DNA of 64,000 bases, from the sequence record NC_054906.1. The stretch is one strand, 5' to 3'. Source of the stretch: Enterobacteria phage RB18. A model generated the notes under the pieces. That model was not told the origin of the DNA and searched no databases. It was given only the letters and a program-made list of their open reading frames with translations. The stretch's first letter is position 1. Each line of letters starts with the position of its first letter. This document shows positions 54,468-63,989 of this stretch, in pieces. The translations under genes and the position numbers were made by a program.

Positions 54468-55259
54468 ATGGCAATTGTAGGTGTTCCTGGCTGGATTGGC
54501 GAATCTGCCGTGAATGAAACTGGACAACGTTGGATGGATGCTGCAATGAAAGCAGTTCGTGTTTCAGTTCCTGGTTGGATGAGCTCAATGGCTGGACAAT
54601 CTAAAGAAGTATATTACAGCATTGGTGCTAGCAATTCTTATAATAAAGATACACTAATAAATTGGATAAAAGCCCAAGGAAGTACTCCTGTTGTTATTAC
54701 TATTACAGGAAATATTGTTTCTCAATCTACTGGTGTTCCATGCTTAGATTTTCCTAGCTCATTAACTAATGCATATGTTACCTTAAATATTAATAGTGGG
54801 GTTCATGTATTAGGTCGGGGAGGAAATGGCGGAAGTAACTCTGCTGGTGGAGCAGGAGGAACTGCAATAAATAACGGAATTGGAACTCGTTTAAGAATAA
54901 ACAATAATGGTATTATTGGTGGCGGTGGCGGTGGCGGCGCAGGTGCTAGATACAATCCTTTCCCTCAAATGGATATGAAATTTGGTGGCGGCGGAGGTCG
55001 TCCATTTGGCGCAGCTGGCGCAGCAGGAGGTGGCGCAGCTGCAGCATCTGCTGGTACAATTTCTGCTCCCGGTAAAGGCACTGTTTCTGGGGTTCACCAT
55101 GGAGGAGATGGTGGAGATTTAGGAGCTGCTGGCAAATCTTCATATATTCAAGGTGGTACTGGAGGAACTGTTCACTCGGGTGGTGCTGCGGGTAAAGCTG
55201 TTACTGGTAATGCTCCAACTTGGACTAAAGTTGGCACAATATATGGTTCAAGAGTATAA
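54468..55259 (+). CDS. 38: Tail fibre tip adhesin gp38 (T2-type, glycine-rich)
   Basis: 263 aa with poly-Gly blocks (GGGGGGGAGA, GGGGGRPFGAAGAAGGG) separated by short variable segments. Confidence 0.8.
   Translation: MAIVGVPGWIGESAVNETGQRWMDAAMKAVRVSVPGWMSSMAGQSKEVYYSIGASNSYNKDTLINWIKAQGSTPVVITITGNIVSQSTGVPCLDFPSSLTNAYVTLNINSGVHVLGRGGNGGSNSAGGAGGTAINNGIGTRLRINNNGIIGGGGGGGAGARYNPFPQMDMKFGGGGGRPFGAAGAAGGGAAAASAGTISAPGKGTVSGVHHGGDGGDLGAAGKSSYIQGGTGGTVHSGGAAGKAVTGNAPTWTKVGTIYGSRV
54918..54940 (+). repeat. GGY-codon simple repeat encoding poly-glycine in gp38
   Basis: ggtggcggtggcggtggcggcgc. Confidence 0.7.
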
Positions 55260-55291
55260 TTTTTGAATAAATATCCTTAAAAGGAGGGTCT

Positions 55292-55948
55292 ATGGCAGCA
55301 CCTAGAATATCATTTTCGCCCTCTGATATTCTATTTGGTGTTCTAGATCGCTTGTTCAAAGATAACGCTACCGGGAAAGTTCTTGCTTCCCGGGTAGCTG
55401 TCGTAATTCTTTTATTTATGATGGCGATTGTTTGGTATAGGGGAGATAGTTTCTTTGAGTACTATAAGCAATCAAAGTATGAAACATACAGTGAAATTAT
55501 TGAAAAGGAAAGAAATGCACGCTTTGAATCTGTCGCCCTGGAACAACTCCAGATAGTTCATATATCATCTGAGGCAGACTTTAGTGCGGTGTATTCTTTC
55601 CGCCCTAAAAACTTAAACTATTTTGTTGATATTATAGCATACGAAGGAAAATTACCTTCAACAATAAGTGAAAAATCACTTGGAGGATATCCTGTTGATA
55701 AAACTATGGATGAATATACAGTTCATTTAAATGGACGTCATTATTATTCCAACTCAAAATTTGCTTTTTTACCAACTAAAAAGCCTACTCCCGAAATAAA
55801 CTACATGTACAGTTGTCCATATTTTAATTTGGATAATATCTATGCTGGAACGATAACCATGTACTGGTATAGAAATGATCATATAAGTAATGACCGCCTT
55901 GAATCAATATGTGCTCAGGCGGCCAGAATATTAGGAAGGGCTAAATAA
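55292..55948 (+). CDS. t: Holin T
   Basis: 218 aa; single TMD and large periplasmic domain; T4 t position. Confidence 0.85.
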   Translation: MAAPRISFSPSDILFGVLDRLFKDNATGKVLASRVAVVILLFMMAIVWYRGDSFFEYYKQSKYETYSEIIEKERNARFESVALEQLQIVHISSEADFSAVYSFRPKNLNYFVDIIAYEGKLPSTISEKSLGGYPVDKTMDEYTVHLNGRHYYSNSKFAFLPTKKPTPEINYMYSCPYFNLDNIYAGTITMYWYRNDHISNDRLESICAQAARILGRAK

Positions 55949-56221
55949 TTATTTGTTCGTATACATCTCTAGATATCGATATACACCCTCAAAACCCTCG
56001 TTGAATTCGTCGATGAGGGTTTTCTTATCTTCTTGAGTTAATTCAGAAACAATTTTACGGAATGAATTCTGATTTAATTTTCTACCTTCATGCGTTACTC
56101 CAATCTCATTCAGAAATGCAATAAAATTAGCACGATTCTCAACAATATCTTCTCTGGAAAATTTAATCAAAATAGACGCAATAGTAATAATTTCACGAAC
56201 TGTATCAATATTTTTATTCAT
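55949..56221 (-). CDS. asiA: Anti-sigma-70 factor AsiA
   Basis: 90 aa, length and position as T4 AsiA. Confidence 0.85.
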   Translation of the reverse strand: MNKNIDTVREIITIASILIKFSREDIVENRANFIAFLNEIGVTHEGRKLNQNSFRKIVSELTQEDKKTLIDEFNEGFEGVYRYLEMYTNK

Positions 56222-56233
56222 TAACTATACCAC

Positions 56234-56386
56234 TCAATTAGTTGACTTTGTTATAATATCATCAGACGCTTGATTTGTAAACTGGTCTGTGTTATTTTCT
56301 TCAAAAATTTTTTCTACGAATTCCTTGAACGACTCACGTTCCTGAGCTACATTATGCTCGATTACCATTTCAAGATTATGACTCAT
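56234..56386 (-). CDS. Small hypothetical protein (50 aa)
   Basis: Hand-found ORF with ATGA overlap to upstream gene; not in track. Confidence 0.3.
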   Translation of the reverse strand: MSHNLEMVIEHNVAQERESFKEFVEKIFEENNTDQFTNQASDDIITKSTN

Positions 56387-56661
56387 TCGAAATAATCTTC
56401 AATTTCGTAATCATGGACATAAAACATTATAGTTTTTAATACATCATCGATACTTTTTCCTGGAGCTGGAATTACGTAAAAATATCCTGCTTTTGAGAGG
56501 TCTTTATAAGTTCCAATCAAGAAATCATTATTCTCGAGATGTAGTTCTTCAACTAATTCATTAACAATTGAGTGGTATAAATTTGGTAGAAACTTATATA
56601 GCTTTTCTAGAATATCAATTTTGATTGTGTATTGAACCACAGACTGAGAATCAATAATCAT
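56383..56661 (-). CDS. Acidic 92-aa protein, candidate Arn (anti-restriction nuclease)
   Basis: Length, acidity and position next to asiA fit T4 arn; sequence not independently recognised. Confidence 0.4.
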   Translation of the reverse strand: MIIDSQSVVQYTIKIDILEKLYKFLPNLYHSIVNELVEELHLENNDFLIGTYKDLSKAGYFYVIPAPGKSIDDVLKTIMFYVHDYEIEDYFE

Positions 56662-56744
56662 AGACCTTCCCCTTATGTTTCTGTTTGCGATTAGATTCTT
56701 TAAACGCTTTCTTCTTATCTTTATGAACAGAAGCTTTATTAAAA

Positions 56745-56963
56745 TTATGCTTTGCGACTAAATTGTTCATAGTGCTGAATTACCTCTCTCAAACATTTGC
56801 ATGTGAATGAAAACTTTTTAGCTACACCACATTCAAATATGTGTTCTCTTAAATCACATGTATCGGTATATCCCATCTCAACAATAAAATGCCGTATTAG
56901 ATTTTTATCTTTATCATTGAGAGAATTAAAATAATCAGATTTTGAATTAATTTCCCTGGCCAA
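56745..56963 (-). CDS. Hypothetical protein (72 aa)
   Basis: ORF. Confidence 0.4.
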   Translation of the reverse strand: MAREINSKSDYFNSLNDKDKNLIRHFIVEMGYTDTCDLREHIFECGVAKKFSFTCKCLREVIQHYEQFSRKA

Positions 56964-57243
56964 ATTGAATCACCTTCAGTTGACGTTTTAATTCTTTTAT
57001 CATTTCTTCGTTCATCGCAATATAAAGATCGCGTAAAGCAGGTTTTAGCATGTCATTTATTATAGAACTAAATGGACATACATAATCTTTTCCTACGAGC
57101 TTTTTGGTGAATTCCATATCACAGAACTTAAATCCCGGCTCATTGGTATAAATTCCCCAATTAGTTGACATCATTTTATTGGCATATTCTAGTGCCTGGA
57201 TTTGATTCATAATTCCATCAATTTGAAACTTTTTAATATTCAT
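56947..57243 (-). CDS. Hypothetical protein (98 aa)
   Basis: ORF. Confidence 0.4.
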   Translation of the reverse strand: MNIKKFQIDGIMNQIQALEYANKMMSTNWGIYTNEPGFKFCDMEFTKKLVGKDYVCPFSSIINDMLKPALRDLYIAMNEEMIKELKRQLKVIQFGQGN

Positions 57244-57704
57244 TAGTAAAGGTCCTCAGAGTAAAGTTCTTTTTCACTACCACCACGTTCAATACGTACT
57301 TGTCCAGCGTAAGTTGCAATAATCATTGCTTCTTCACGAGTCCAATAATTACTATATTGGTCAATAAATCCTTGGTCATCATCACAAACTTGCTGAGTAA
57401 CTAATTGAGGTTTAACTACATCTAAAACTTCTGCCATATCTTTAGAATAATGACGAGCACCTGGAATAATAAGAGTTCGTCCATCTTTTAATTTAAAACG
57501 ATTTGCTGCGCAAACAATTCGTCGTTGATACTTTTGGTTTTCATCCCAATACGCAGTCTGCCAACAAATTTCAGGAACTTCTTTCAGAATATCTTCTTCT
57601 GTGCATTTATAACCATGTGCTTTAAATTTTTGAACAAGACTTTCTGGAGTCTCACGAGATAAAGGAACATTCAGCATTTTTAAACGATTAATAAATGGAT
57701 TCAT
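57243..57704 (-). CDS. Hypothetical protein (153 aa)
   Basis: ORF. Confidence 0.45.
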   Translation of the reverse strand: MNPFINRLKMLNVPLSRETPESLVQKFKAHGYKCTEEDILKEVPEICWQTAYWDENQKYQRRIVCAANRFKLKDGRTLIIPGARHYSKDMAEVLDVVKPQLVTQQVCDDDQGFIDQYSNYWTREEAMIIATYAGQVRIERGGSEKELYSEDLY

Positions 57705-58030
57705 TTAAACCACCCTTTAATACGCTGCCACAAAGTTTTCTGTTGAGCTTTGTTAACACCAATTGAACGAATAACCGGTTGAGATTCCTGGAATTCTTTA
57801 TAATCGGCAAGGTAAATTTCGTAAGCTGCATCTGTAAAGGAACTTATCGCTGCCATGAAATTATTGCGAATACCTACTGGAGCATCTTTACTTTCACGAA
57901 TAATCATGTATTTACCAGTCTTAATCTTTACAATAGTTCCAAGATAAGCTCCATGGTACCAAATATCCCAACCCTCTTGAGTAGGTTCTGCACAACGACG
58001 AAGTTCATTGACAATTTCTAACTTGTTCAT
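57701..58030 (-). CDS. Hypothetical protein (109 aa, motA.1 position)
   Basis: ORF. Confidence 0.45.
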   Translation of the reverse strand: MNKLEIVNELRRCAEPTQEGWDIWYHGAYLGTIVKIKTGKYMIIRESKDAPVGIRNNFMAAISSFTDAAYEIYLADYKEFQESQPVIRSIGVNKAQQKTLWQRIKGWFK

Positions 58031-58040
58031 TATTTATTCC

Positions 58041-58676
58041 TCATAGTTCAGATGCTACAGTGATTACGGCTTCAATGTTTTCTGCCGAGCGTTTAATGTC
58101 AAGATACACATTACCGTTTTTAGCGATTTTACATGACATTCCGATATCAGTAAATTTCTGAATATGATGTTCCATCATTTTGTATCCAAAAATTCGCATA
58201 TTTCCATTGTTGTTAATTTCAAAATTACGAATTCCGTGAGTGCGTTTTTCTAAAATAGCGAGATAGTTACTGCGATAAGTTTCAACCTTTTTAAGAACAA
58301 ATCCATTTTCATCTAAAAGTTTTAACATGAGGTCTTTATCTTCTTCCATATCAGAAGTAATCTCACGAGCTTTACGAGTTGCTCGTTTTTTCAGCAGTTC
58401 AGGAGCGTTTTCCTGTGCGTATAAAGTTGCTGCGTTTGAAATAATATCCTGAGCTTCACCAGTAATGATTAATCCATCACCAGATTTCTCTACCAGGCCT
58501 TTTTTAATCAATACCCCAATATTACTATTAACTACTGCGTTACCTAAATCTGGATGCACCTCACGAACTTCTGCAGCTGTAATGAAATCTTTCTTAGCAA
58601 TGGTAATTAAAATCGCAGCAGTTTTTTCATTCAGAACATCGTTAGAAGCTTTGATGATGTAAGTTACTTTAGACAT
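58041..58676 (-). CDS. motA: Middle-transcription activator MotA
   Basis: 211 aa, length and position as T4 MotA; early promoter upstream. Confidence 0.8.
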   Translation of the reverse strand: MSKVTYIIKASNDVLNEKTAAILITIAKKDFITAAEVREVHPDLGNAVVNSNIGVLIKKGLVEKSGDGLIITGEAQDIISNAATLYAQENAPELLKKRATRKAREITSDMEEDKDLMLKLLDENGFVLKKVETYRSNYLAILEKRTHGIRNFEINNNGNMRIFGYKMMEHHIQKFTDIGMSCKIAKNGNVYLDIKRSAENIEAVITVASEL

Positions 58677-58715
58677 TTTCTAATCTCCGTAATTCTGTAT
58701 CAGTAGTTGATAGTT

Positions 58716-58747
58716 GTATAGTACCACAGTATGCTTTGGTTGTAAAC
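58716..58747 (-). promoter_or_regulatory. T4-type early promoter for motA
   Basis: Minus strand GTTTACA, 17 nt, GGTACTATAC. Confidence 0.55.
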
Positions 58748-58776
58748 CGTTTTGTGAAAAAATTTTAAAATAAAAA

Positions 58777-58796
58777 GGGAGAGCCGAGGCTCTCCC
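58777..58796 (-). terminator. Intrinsic terminator
   Basis: gggagagcc-GAG-gctctccc followed by T-run on minus strand. Confidence 0.65.
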
Positions 58797-58801
58797 TAAA
58801 A

Positions 58802-58951
58802 TTACTGCATGACTGTGATAACTGTCATGATAACACGTTGAATTCCGAACGCAAGAAGACCTCCTGCTACGGCTGGAACAACGCCTAAACCCGCCAGTAA
58901 AATGCTACCGGATACTAATGCAGCGCTTGTAATACCTATGAATGGACTCAT
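58802..58951 (-). CDS. Small hydrophobic membrane protein (about 49 aa)
   Basis: MSPFIGITSAALVSGSILLAGLGVVPAVAGGLLAFGIQ...; internal start with ATGA overlap to gp52 stop. Confidence 0.35.
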   Translation of the reverse strand: MSPFIGITSAALVSGSILLAGLGVVPAVAGGLLAFGIQRVIMTVITVMQ

Positions 58952-60276
58952 TTGATTTCCTCTAAATCTTTGGTGTATTCTGTAACTACATCGGTAGTTT
59001 TCCAATATTCGTTTTCTTCTTTTTTGGCTTTAGCTTCTTCAGCAAGTTTCTTTGCTTCATCTGAAGTCATATGAAAAATATTCATTCCAACTAGTTTATC
59101 AACATAAGAAGAATACATCTCAATTTTAGAAAGTTCTTCGGTCAGTTCTTTACGAGTTTTACCCTGCACAACAATTTCACCTGAAATTACTTTCTTAATG
59201 AAATGTGCCTTGGCAAAAGCTAAACGAAAAGCTGACTCAGTTTCTTTAATTTTATTATCAATTCGTTTTTGGACATAAGTTTTACGAACTTCAACAAAGT
59301 CTTTAATTAAATCGACTACGTTATCGTAAACTTGTAGTTTTCCTTTCTCATTAATAACCGTAATATTCTGAGAACGACGCTCAATCAACCCGAAGTCTTT
59401 CATAATTTTTGCATGACGTTCTTCTTCATTATCGCTCAAAGAATATTCTTTGCGGAATTTAACTTTGAATCCAAAACCATGCTCACCACAAGCATCATCC
59501 CATGTAATGAAGCCTTTATCTTCAAGTGGGTCTAAGATTTTACTCACATAAGTTTCACGATCATACTTATACGGAATCTCAGTGATATGCATTTGAGTTC
59601 GTGAAGTAAACTTATATGTTCCACGAATTTCATATTGCCCATCAATTTCAACGACTTCACCACGAAATTCTGGGAATTCTACCTTCGGTTTAGTTACTTT
59701 CTTTCCTTGAAGAGCTTGTAGTACAGCTTTCTTGACAGAAGAAACACTATGAGGAAGAATGTAAGTTGCATAACCAGTTGCAATACCGGAAACGCCATTA
59801 AGAAGAACAGTAGGAATAATAGGCAAATAGAAAGCAGGCGGAATGTGTTCTTTATCTTGATGTACCGGAGCATATTCAGTATCTTTATATACGTTATAGA
59901 AATTTTTACTTACACGAGCAAAAATATAACGACTTGCCGCTGCCTTTTGGACAGTACGAGAACCAAAGTTTCCTTGACCATCTAATAGAGGAAAGTTATT
60001 ATTCCAAGTATTAGCCATCAAAGCACCTGCGTCTTGCGCAGAGTTTTCGCCATGATGATATCCAAGGTCCGCTACACCACCTGCGATAGAAGCGAGTTTG
60101 TGAAACTTATCTTTATTTCCTCGTGCCAAATCAAGAGCTCGAGCAATAACAAATCGTTGAACTGGCTTAAATCCATCAATCATATTTGGGATAGCACGAT
60201 TTTCAACCGTGTACATAGCATAAGCCAATGCTTCATTATCAATGATACTTTTTAAATCGCGATTATTCAGTTGCAT
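58948..60276 (-). CDS. 52: DNA topoisomerase II medium subunit gp52
   Basis: 442 aa; GyrA-like DNA breakage-reunion domain; T4 gp52 length. Confidence 0.85.
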   Translation of the reverse strand: MQLNNRDLKSIIDNEALAYAMYTVENRAIPNMIDGFKPVQRFVIARALDLARGNKDKFHKLASIAGGVADLGYHHGENSAQDAGALMANTWNNNFPLLDGQGNFGSRTVQKAAASRYIFARVSKNFYNVYKDTEYAPVHQDKEHIPPAFYLPIIPTVLLNGVSGIATGYATYILPHSVSSVKKAVLQALQGKKVTKPKVEFPEFRGEVVEIDGQYEIRGTYKFTSRTQMHITEIPYKYDRETYVSKILDPLEDKGFITWDDACGEHGFGFKVKFRKEYSLSDNEEERHAKIMKDFGLIERRSQNITVINEKGKLQVYDNVVDLIKDFVEVRKTYVQKRIDNKIKETESAFRLAFAKAHFIKKVISGEIVVQGKTRKELTEELSKIEMYSSYVDKLVGMNIFHMTSDEAKKLAEEAKAKKEENEYWKTTDVVTEYTKDLEEIK

Positions 60277-60280
60277 AAAT

Positions 60281-60421
60281 TTACCATACTAGTGAATGTA
60301 GTGCCATAATAACATCAGAAATGAAAAGCACGACTTGAATTAATCCGAACATTACTCCATAATATAGTGCTACTAATAAAGTAGCAAGGGCTAATGAATA
60401 GCCCAAGATTTTCTTAATCAT
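60281..60421 (-). CDS. Small hydrophobic protein (46 aa)
   Basis: Hand-translated MIKKILGYSLALATLLVALYYGVMFGLIQVVLFISDVIMALHSLVW. Confidence 0.3.
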   Translation of the reverse strand: MIKKILGYSLALATLLVALYYGVMFGLIQVVLFISDVIMALHSLVW

Positions 60422-60572
60422 TAGTAGATAACAACACAAATGTTAAATATGCACACATACCCTGAGCTAAAGCTTGCGAAAACACACTGCTGGCATCAAT
60501 ACAGATAGTTAAAACACATGCTACTATCCAACAAATAAATGAAATAACTCCTAATAATTTTACAATATTCAT
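60414..60572 (-). CDS. Small hydrophobic protein (52 aa), possible ac-like
   Basis: Hand-translated MNIVKLLGVISFICWIVACVLTICIDASSVFSQALAQGMCAYLTFVLLSTND. Confidence 0.3.
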   Translation of the reverse strand: MNIVKLLGVISFICWIVACVLTICIDASSVFSQALAQGMCAYLTFVLLSTND

Positions 60573-60579
60573 ATTTTCC

Positions 60580-60660
60580 TCACTGGCGTCCGAAGACGCC
60601 TTTAGTTTTAAGATTATTACGATAGAACTGCATCACGTGTTCGTTGTGGAAATTACTCAT
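60580..60660 (-). CDS. stp: Stp peptide (suppressor of three-prime phosphatase), 26 aa
   Basis: Hand-translated [26 protein letters not shown], matching remembered T4 Stp; below track size cutoff. Confidence 0.7.
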
Positions 60661-61118
60661 TAATATGCCTGCAAAACGAATTTAAAGTTATCAGCCAACA
60701 TACGGTTCATTTCTTCAAGTGTTTGATACTCGGAATGATGATTACGGGTAAACGCCAAAGCTAACTGACCTTTACCAAATCCTGTCGTCAGAGGTTTCAT
60801 CTTAGAAGCAGGCAGATAAAATACTGTGTATACCATATTGTTATTTGCAATAGTACGTGCAAGCTGAGACCGACGTTGACGAATATGACTTAGAACTGCA
60901 CTGAATCCTTGCTTAGAACGCTGATTACCTACATAAAATCGTGCTGACACACATGGATTACTAAATGGACGACCATCTAATTTACTTACTAAAAAGTAAA
61001 ATCCAGGTTTAGATAAAATATCTTTATGCGGAGTTCCCAAAAACCACTCACCACCCTTGATTGTACCAATAACAGTAGCGCCTGCGTTGTTCAGATCAGT
61101 AACAGTCATGTATTTCAT
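60660..61118 (-). CDS. ndd: Nucleoid disruption protein Ndd
   Basis: 152 aa, position immediately upstream of stp as in T4. Confidence 0.6.
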
Positions 61119-61176
61119 ATTAATTTCCTCTAAATTATTTTCTACTCCATGGCCGCGTATTCATGCGGCCATTAAA

Positions 61177-61392
61177 TTAATCGTCGCAGTCGACGCTCAA
61201 TTCCCAAAACTCTTCTACGGTATAAGTTTCAGTATCATTTTCAATACAGAAACGTTCATTACTGTTATTTGCTAAAGTAGCATTAACTGTCGGTTTCTCG
61301 CTAGTGCTCTTAAGAGGTGAAATACGAATTAACTGATCACCGTTATCTAAACAGAAAATTTCACCAACTTTTACATCTTTAAAGCTTTTCAT
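61177..61392 (-). CDS. Hypothetical protein (71 aa)
   Basis: ORF. Confidence 0.4.
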   Translation of the reverse strand: MKSFKDVKVGEIFCLDNGDQLIRISPLKSTSEKPTVNATLANNSNERFCIENDTETYTVEEFWELSVDCDD

Positions 61393-61507
61393 AATTCACC
61401 TCAAGGAGTATAAAATCCGAATGCAGTTGTTGACCATCCCATCCAATACGGGAAATTTGCACCAATGTAAAACATAAGAATATAAAACCAACCGCTCAAC
61501 AAATTCA

Positions 61508-61726
61508 TCATTTTACACCATTCCAAATTGTTTCAACTACGGATTTTAAACCATTTTGATGAATATCCATTCCGACTACTGCCATCAAATATATTCCAAC
61601 TACCACTGAACCTAGCGCAAAAATCAGCATGAAAATGAATAAAGCCGGAAAAATATTATCGAAAAACCATTCAATAAATGTAAAAGCACTGCGTTTACGC
61701 TTCATATTTTCCTCACATAAATCCAA
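61508..61726 (-). CDS. Small membrane protein (72 aa)
   Basis: Two hydrophobic segments. Confidence 0.4.
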   Translation of the reverse strand: MDLCEENMKRKRSAFTFIEWFFDNIFPALFIFMLIFALGSVVVGIYLMAVVGMDIHQNGLKSVVETIWNGVK

Positions 61727-61826
61727 AGTAAACGTTTAATACATCAATCATTAAAACGATTGGGAATATACTCAAAACTACTAGTATTATAACTACATTC
61801 CATATAGCTTTAACAATCTTTTTCAT
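61713..61826 (-). CDS. Small membrane protein (37 aa)
   Basis: MKKIVKAIWNVVIILVVLSIFPIVLMIDVLNVYFGFM with SD GGAGGAA; upstream part of track ORF overlaps a promoter. Confidence 0.3.
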   Translation of the reverse strand: MKKIVKAIWNVVIILVVLSIFPIVLMIDVLNVYFGFM

Positions 61827-61852
61827 TTTCTGTTCCTCCGTAGTTGATAGGG

Positions 61853-61884
61853 TAATAGTACCACGGAAGAACAGTCTTGTAAAC
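61853..61884 (-). promoter_or_regulatory. T4-type early promoter
   Basis: Minus strand GTTTACA, 17 nt, GGTACTATTAC. Confidence 0.45.
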
Positions 61885-62131
61885 AACTTTTTTAAAAATA
61901 TTCGTAATAAATGTGAATACCAACTACTACCGCTGAAACCTGTGCAACCCACCACGCACAAGCAATAAGTACAGAATTCAAAATTTTCATAATAACCTCA
62001 TCACAAAAGTAAATGTTAAACAAATTACTGGAATACTAATTAACCAAACAAAACACCACCATAATGAACTCATAGCTCAATCTCAGCGATTTTCATTTTA
62101 TTCTCCAAATCTGTATCAGTAGTTGATAGTT

Positions 62132-62163
62132 GTATAGTACCACGGTCCTTGTGGTATGTAAAC
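62132..62163 (-). promoter_or_regulatory. T4-type early promoter
   Basis: Minus strand GTTTACA, 17 nt, GGTACTATAC. Confidence 0.5.
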
Positions 62164-62179
62164 TGTTTTGTGAAATTTT

Positions 62180-62737
62180 TTAAATGGAAAGATACCATCC
62201 GTTGTAGTTGCTTTTTCGCACTACCTTACGAAGGTCTTCTCTGTCACCGATGAACTTCGGAGTGTACTGGATGACACCTGGATGAATTTCTTTAGTGTTG
62301 AATATAATTATACAGTCAGCGACTTGATGATTTAGAATGGGCCCTAGATTTATTCCAGAACCGTATGGATACTCTCCGCTGCATCCTGTTGTTACCGAAA
62401 TCCAACGTGAGTCAGTTTGATGTGTCTTAACTTCTACACGAAGCCCACAGTATTTTGGATGTGCTAAAACATCCCATGCATATGTGTACGGATCATCGAC
62501 ATCTTCTTGGCCTTTATTGACATATCCGCTTAGCCAATCTGCTACAAAAAACTCTGCGTACACAGCGATACGGCATCTTTCGATAACTTCTGCCTTATCC
62601 TGATTTGGGTTTTGTTTTAAAGAGTATCTTACAGTATCAGCAATTTTGACCTTCATTTCATTGGTTAAATCGCTGTTCGATAGAGTAAATGTCGGAATCT
62701 GAAATAGTCTCTGTAACCCAGGATTCGTTTTCTGCAT
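62180..62737 (-). CDS. denB: Endonuclease IV
   Basis: 185 aa, length and position as T4 denB. Confidence 0.65.
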   Translation of the reverse strand: MQKTNPGLQRLFQIPTFTLSNSDLTNEMKVKIADTVRYSLKQNPNQDKAEVIERCRIAVYAEFFVADWLSGYVNKGQEDVDDPYTYAWDVLAHPKYCGLRVEVKTHQTDSRWISVTTGCSGEYPYGSGINLGPILNHQVADCIIIFNTKEIHPGVIQYTPKFIGDREDLRKVVRKSNYNGWYLSI

Positions 62738-62803
62738 TTAAACTTTCCTTTATGTCGGAATCACTGATATTCATATAATAAATCATAATTTCTCTTAAAA
62801 CAA

Positions 62804-62819
62804 AAGGGCCGAAGCCCTT
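62804..62819 (-). terminator. Terminator hairpin
   Basis: aagggc-CGAA-gccctt followed by T-rich tract on minus strand. Confidence 0.55.
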
Positions 62820-62823
62820 TATT

Positions 62824-63018
62824 TTACTTGAATTGTGCAATTCTTTTCTCTAGACATTCAGCATAAGATTTCATTGAGATGAACTGCGAAAGTAGCAGTT
62901 CTTGCTCAACTGCGTTAACTGTTAGAAACTTTGCGCTTTCTAAAAATTTACTCAGTGCATTAATTTTGAGCATTAATTGATCGTATTCTTCTTTTACTCG
63001 TGCTTGATAACCTAACAT
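62824..63018 (-). CDS. Hypothetical protein (64 aa)
   Basis: ORF. Confidence 0.4.
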   Translation of the reverse strand: MLGYQARVKEEYDQLMLKINALSKFLESAKFLTVNAVEQELLLSQFISMKSYAECLEKRIAQFK

Positions 63019-63050
63019 AATTTTCCTTAATGTGATAAGGGCCGAAGCCC

Positions 63051-63989
63051 TTATTTAAATTGTTCAGTAACGTCTTCAACTACTTCATATTGGCAGGTAC
63101 GCATTTTAGCATCGTTGTAATCAATCGGAATTGATACTACATCACGCGGATGTACTTTAACTTTTACAACTCGACTGGTTGAACTGCCAAAGTGACGAAT
63201 ATAAGATTTAGAACACACATGCAGACCACGAGAACAAGTTTGTGTATCATCGTCATTCACACGAGTACGTGGCATTTTAACTACTTTACCCGGACTGTTA
63301 TCAAAGGTGTTTGAGTGACAGTCAAAGTAGTTGTCACGAACTACTTTCCAAGCATAGAAGTAACCATCTTCTGTAATTTCAATATCGTTTGCTACCAAGA
63401 AATCAAAAAGTCGAGATACCGCTTTTTGGCTTGGGTTTTCCAGCAGATTTTCCAAGAACGGAAAATAAAATTCAAAGTTTTCGCCTTTTTCCATCGAATC
63501 AAGAATACGATCAACTAAACCAGACCGCAATTCAATATTTTGATAGAACAAGCTTCCACCTTCAATTCGAACATCGCCGGAAATATATTTTTCAACAGCG
63601 CGACGAACATTAATTTTTTGTGCAGCTTCTTCCAGCTTATCCGCTACGAGCAGATTAAGAATTTCCTGGAAGTTTGAATGAGTATTAGGTGTTGCATTAT
63701 AAGTTACACCATCAACAGTAATCGAAATGAATTTTTTAGATGCATTCCAAATAATGTCAGATTTAGCAACTGGAGCAATAACTTCATCGCTATTAACTTT
63801 AACTGTAATATCACCGCTAATAGTAACTTTAGGGCGTTTAGCTTCTTCAGCATTTTTCAAAACACGACGGATTGTGTCAACCGATACATCCTTCCAATAA
63901 GCTAATTCCTGCTGAGTGTAATTACCGCTTGAATACAGTTTAACAATTTCAGCTTGTTCGTTTTTGGTCAGGCATTTAATATTGTACAT
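63051..63989 (-). CDS. rIIB: rIIB membrane-associated protein
   Basis: 312 aa, length and position as T4 rIIB. Confidence 0.8.
   Translation of the reverse strand: MYNIKCLTKNEQAEIVKLYSSGNYTQQELAYWKDVSVDTIRRVLKNAEEAKRPKVTISGDITVKVNSDEVIAPVAKSDIIWNASKKFISITVDGVTYNATPNTHSNFQEILNLLVADKLEEAAQKINVRRAVEKYISGDVRIEGGSLFYQNIELRSGLVDRILDSMEKGENFEFYFPFLENLLENPSQKAVSRLFDFLVANDIEITEDGYFYAWKVVRDNYFDCHSNTFDNSPGKVVKMPRTRVNDDDTQTCSRGLHVCSKSYIRHFGSSTSRVVKVKVHPRDVVSIPIDYNDAKMRTCQYEVVEDVTEQFK

Noticed and set aside
54918-55000. Possible CRISPR-like or tandem repeat array
   Set aside because: The repeats are GGY codon runs encoding poly-glycine inside gp38, without spacer/repeat periodicity; no CRISPR array is present in the window.
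54891-55143. Minus-strand ORFs within gene 38
   Set aside because: Antisense products of the glycine-codon repeats (Cys/Ala/Thr-rich); artefact of GGY repeats.
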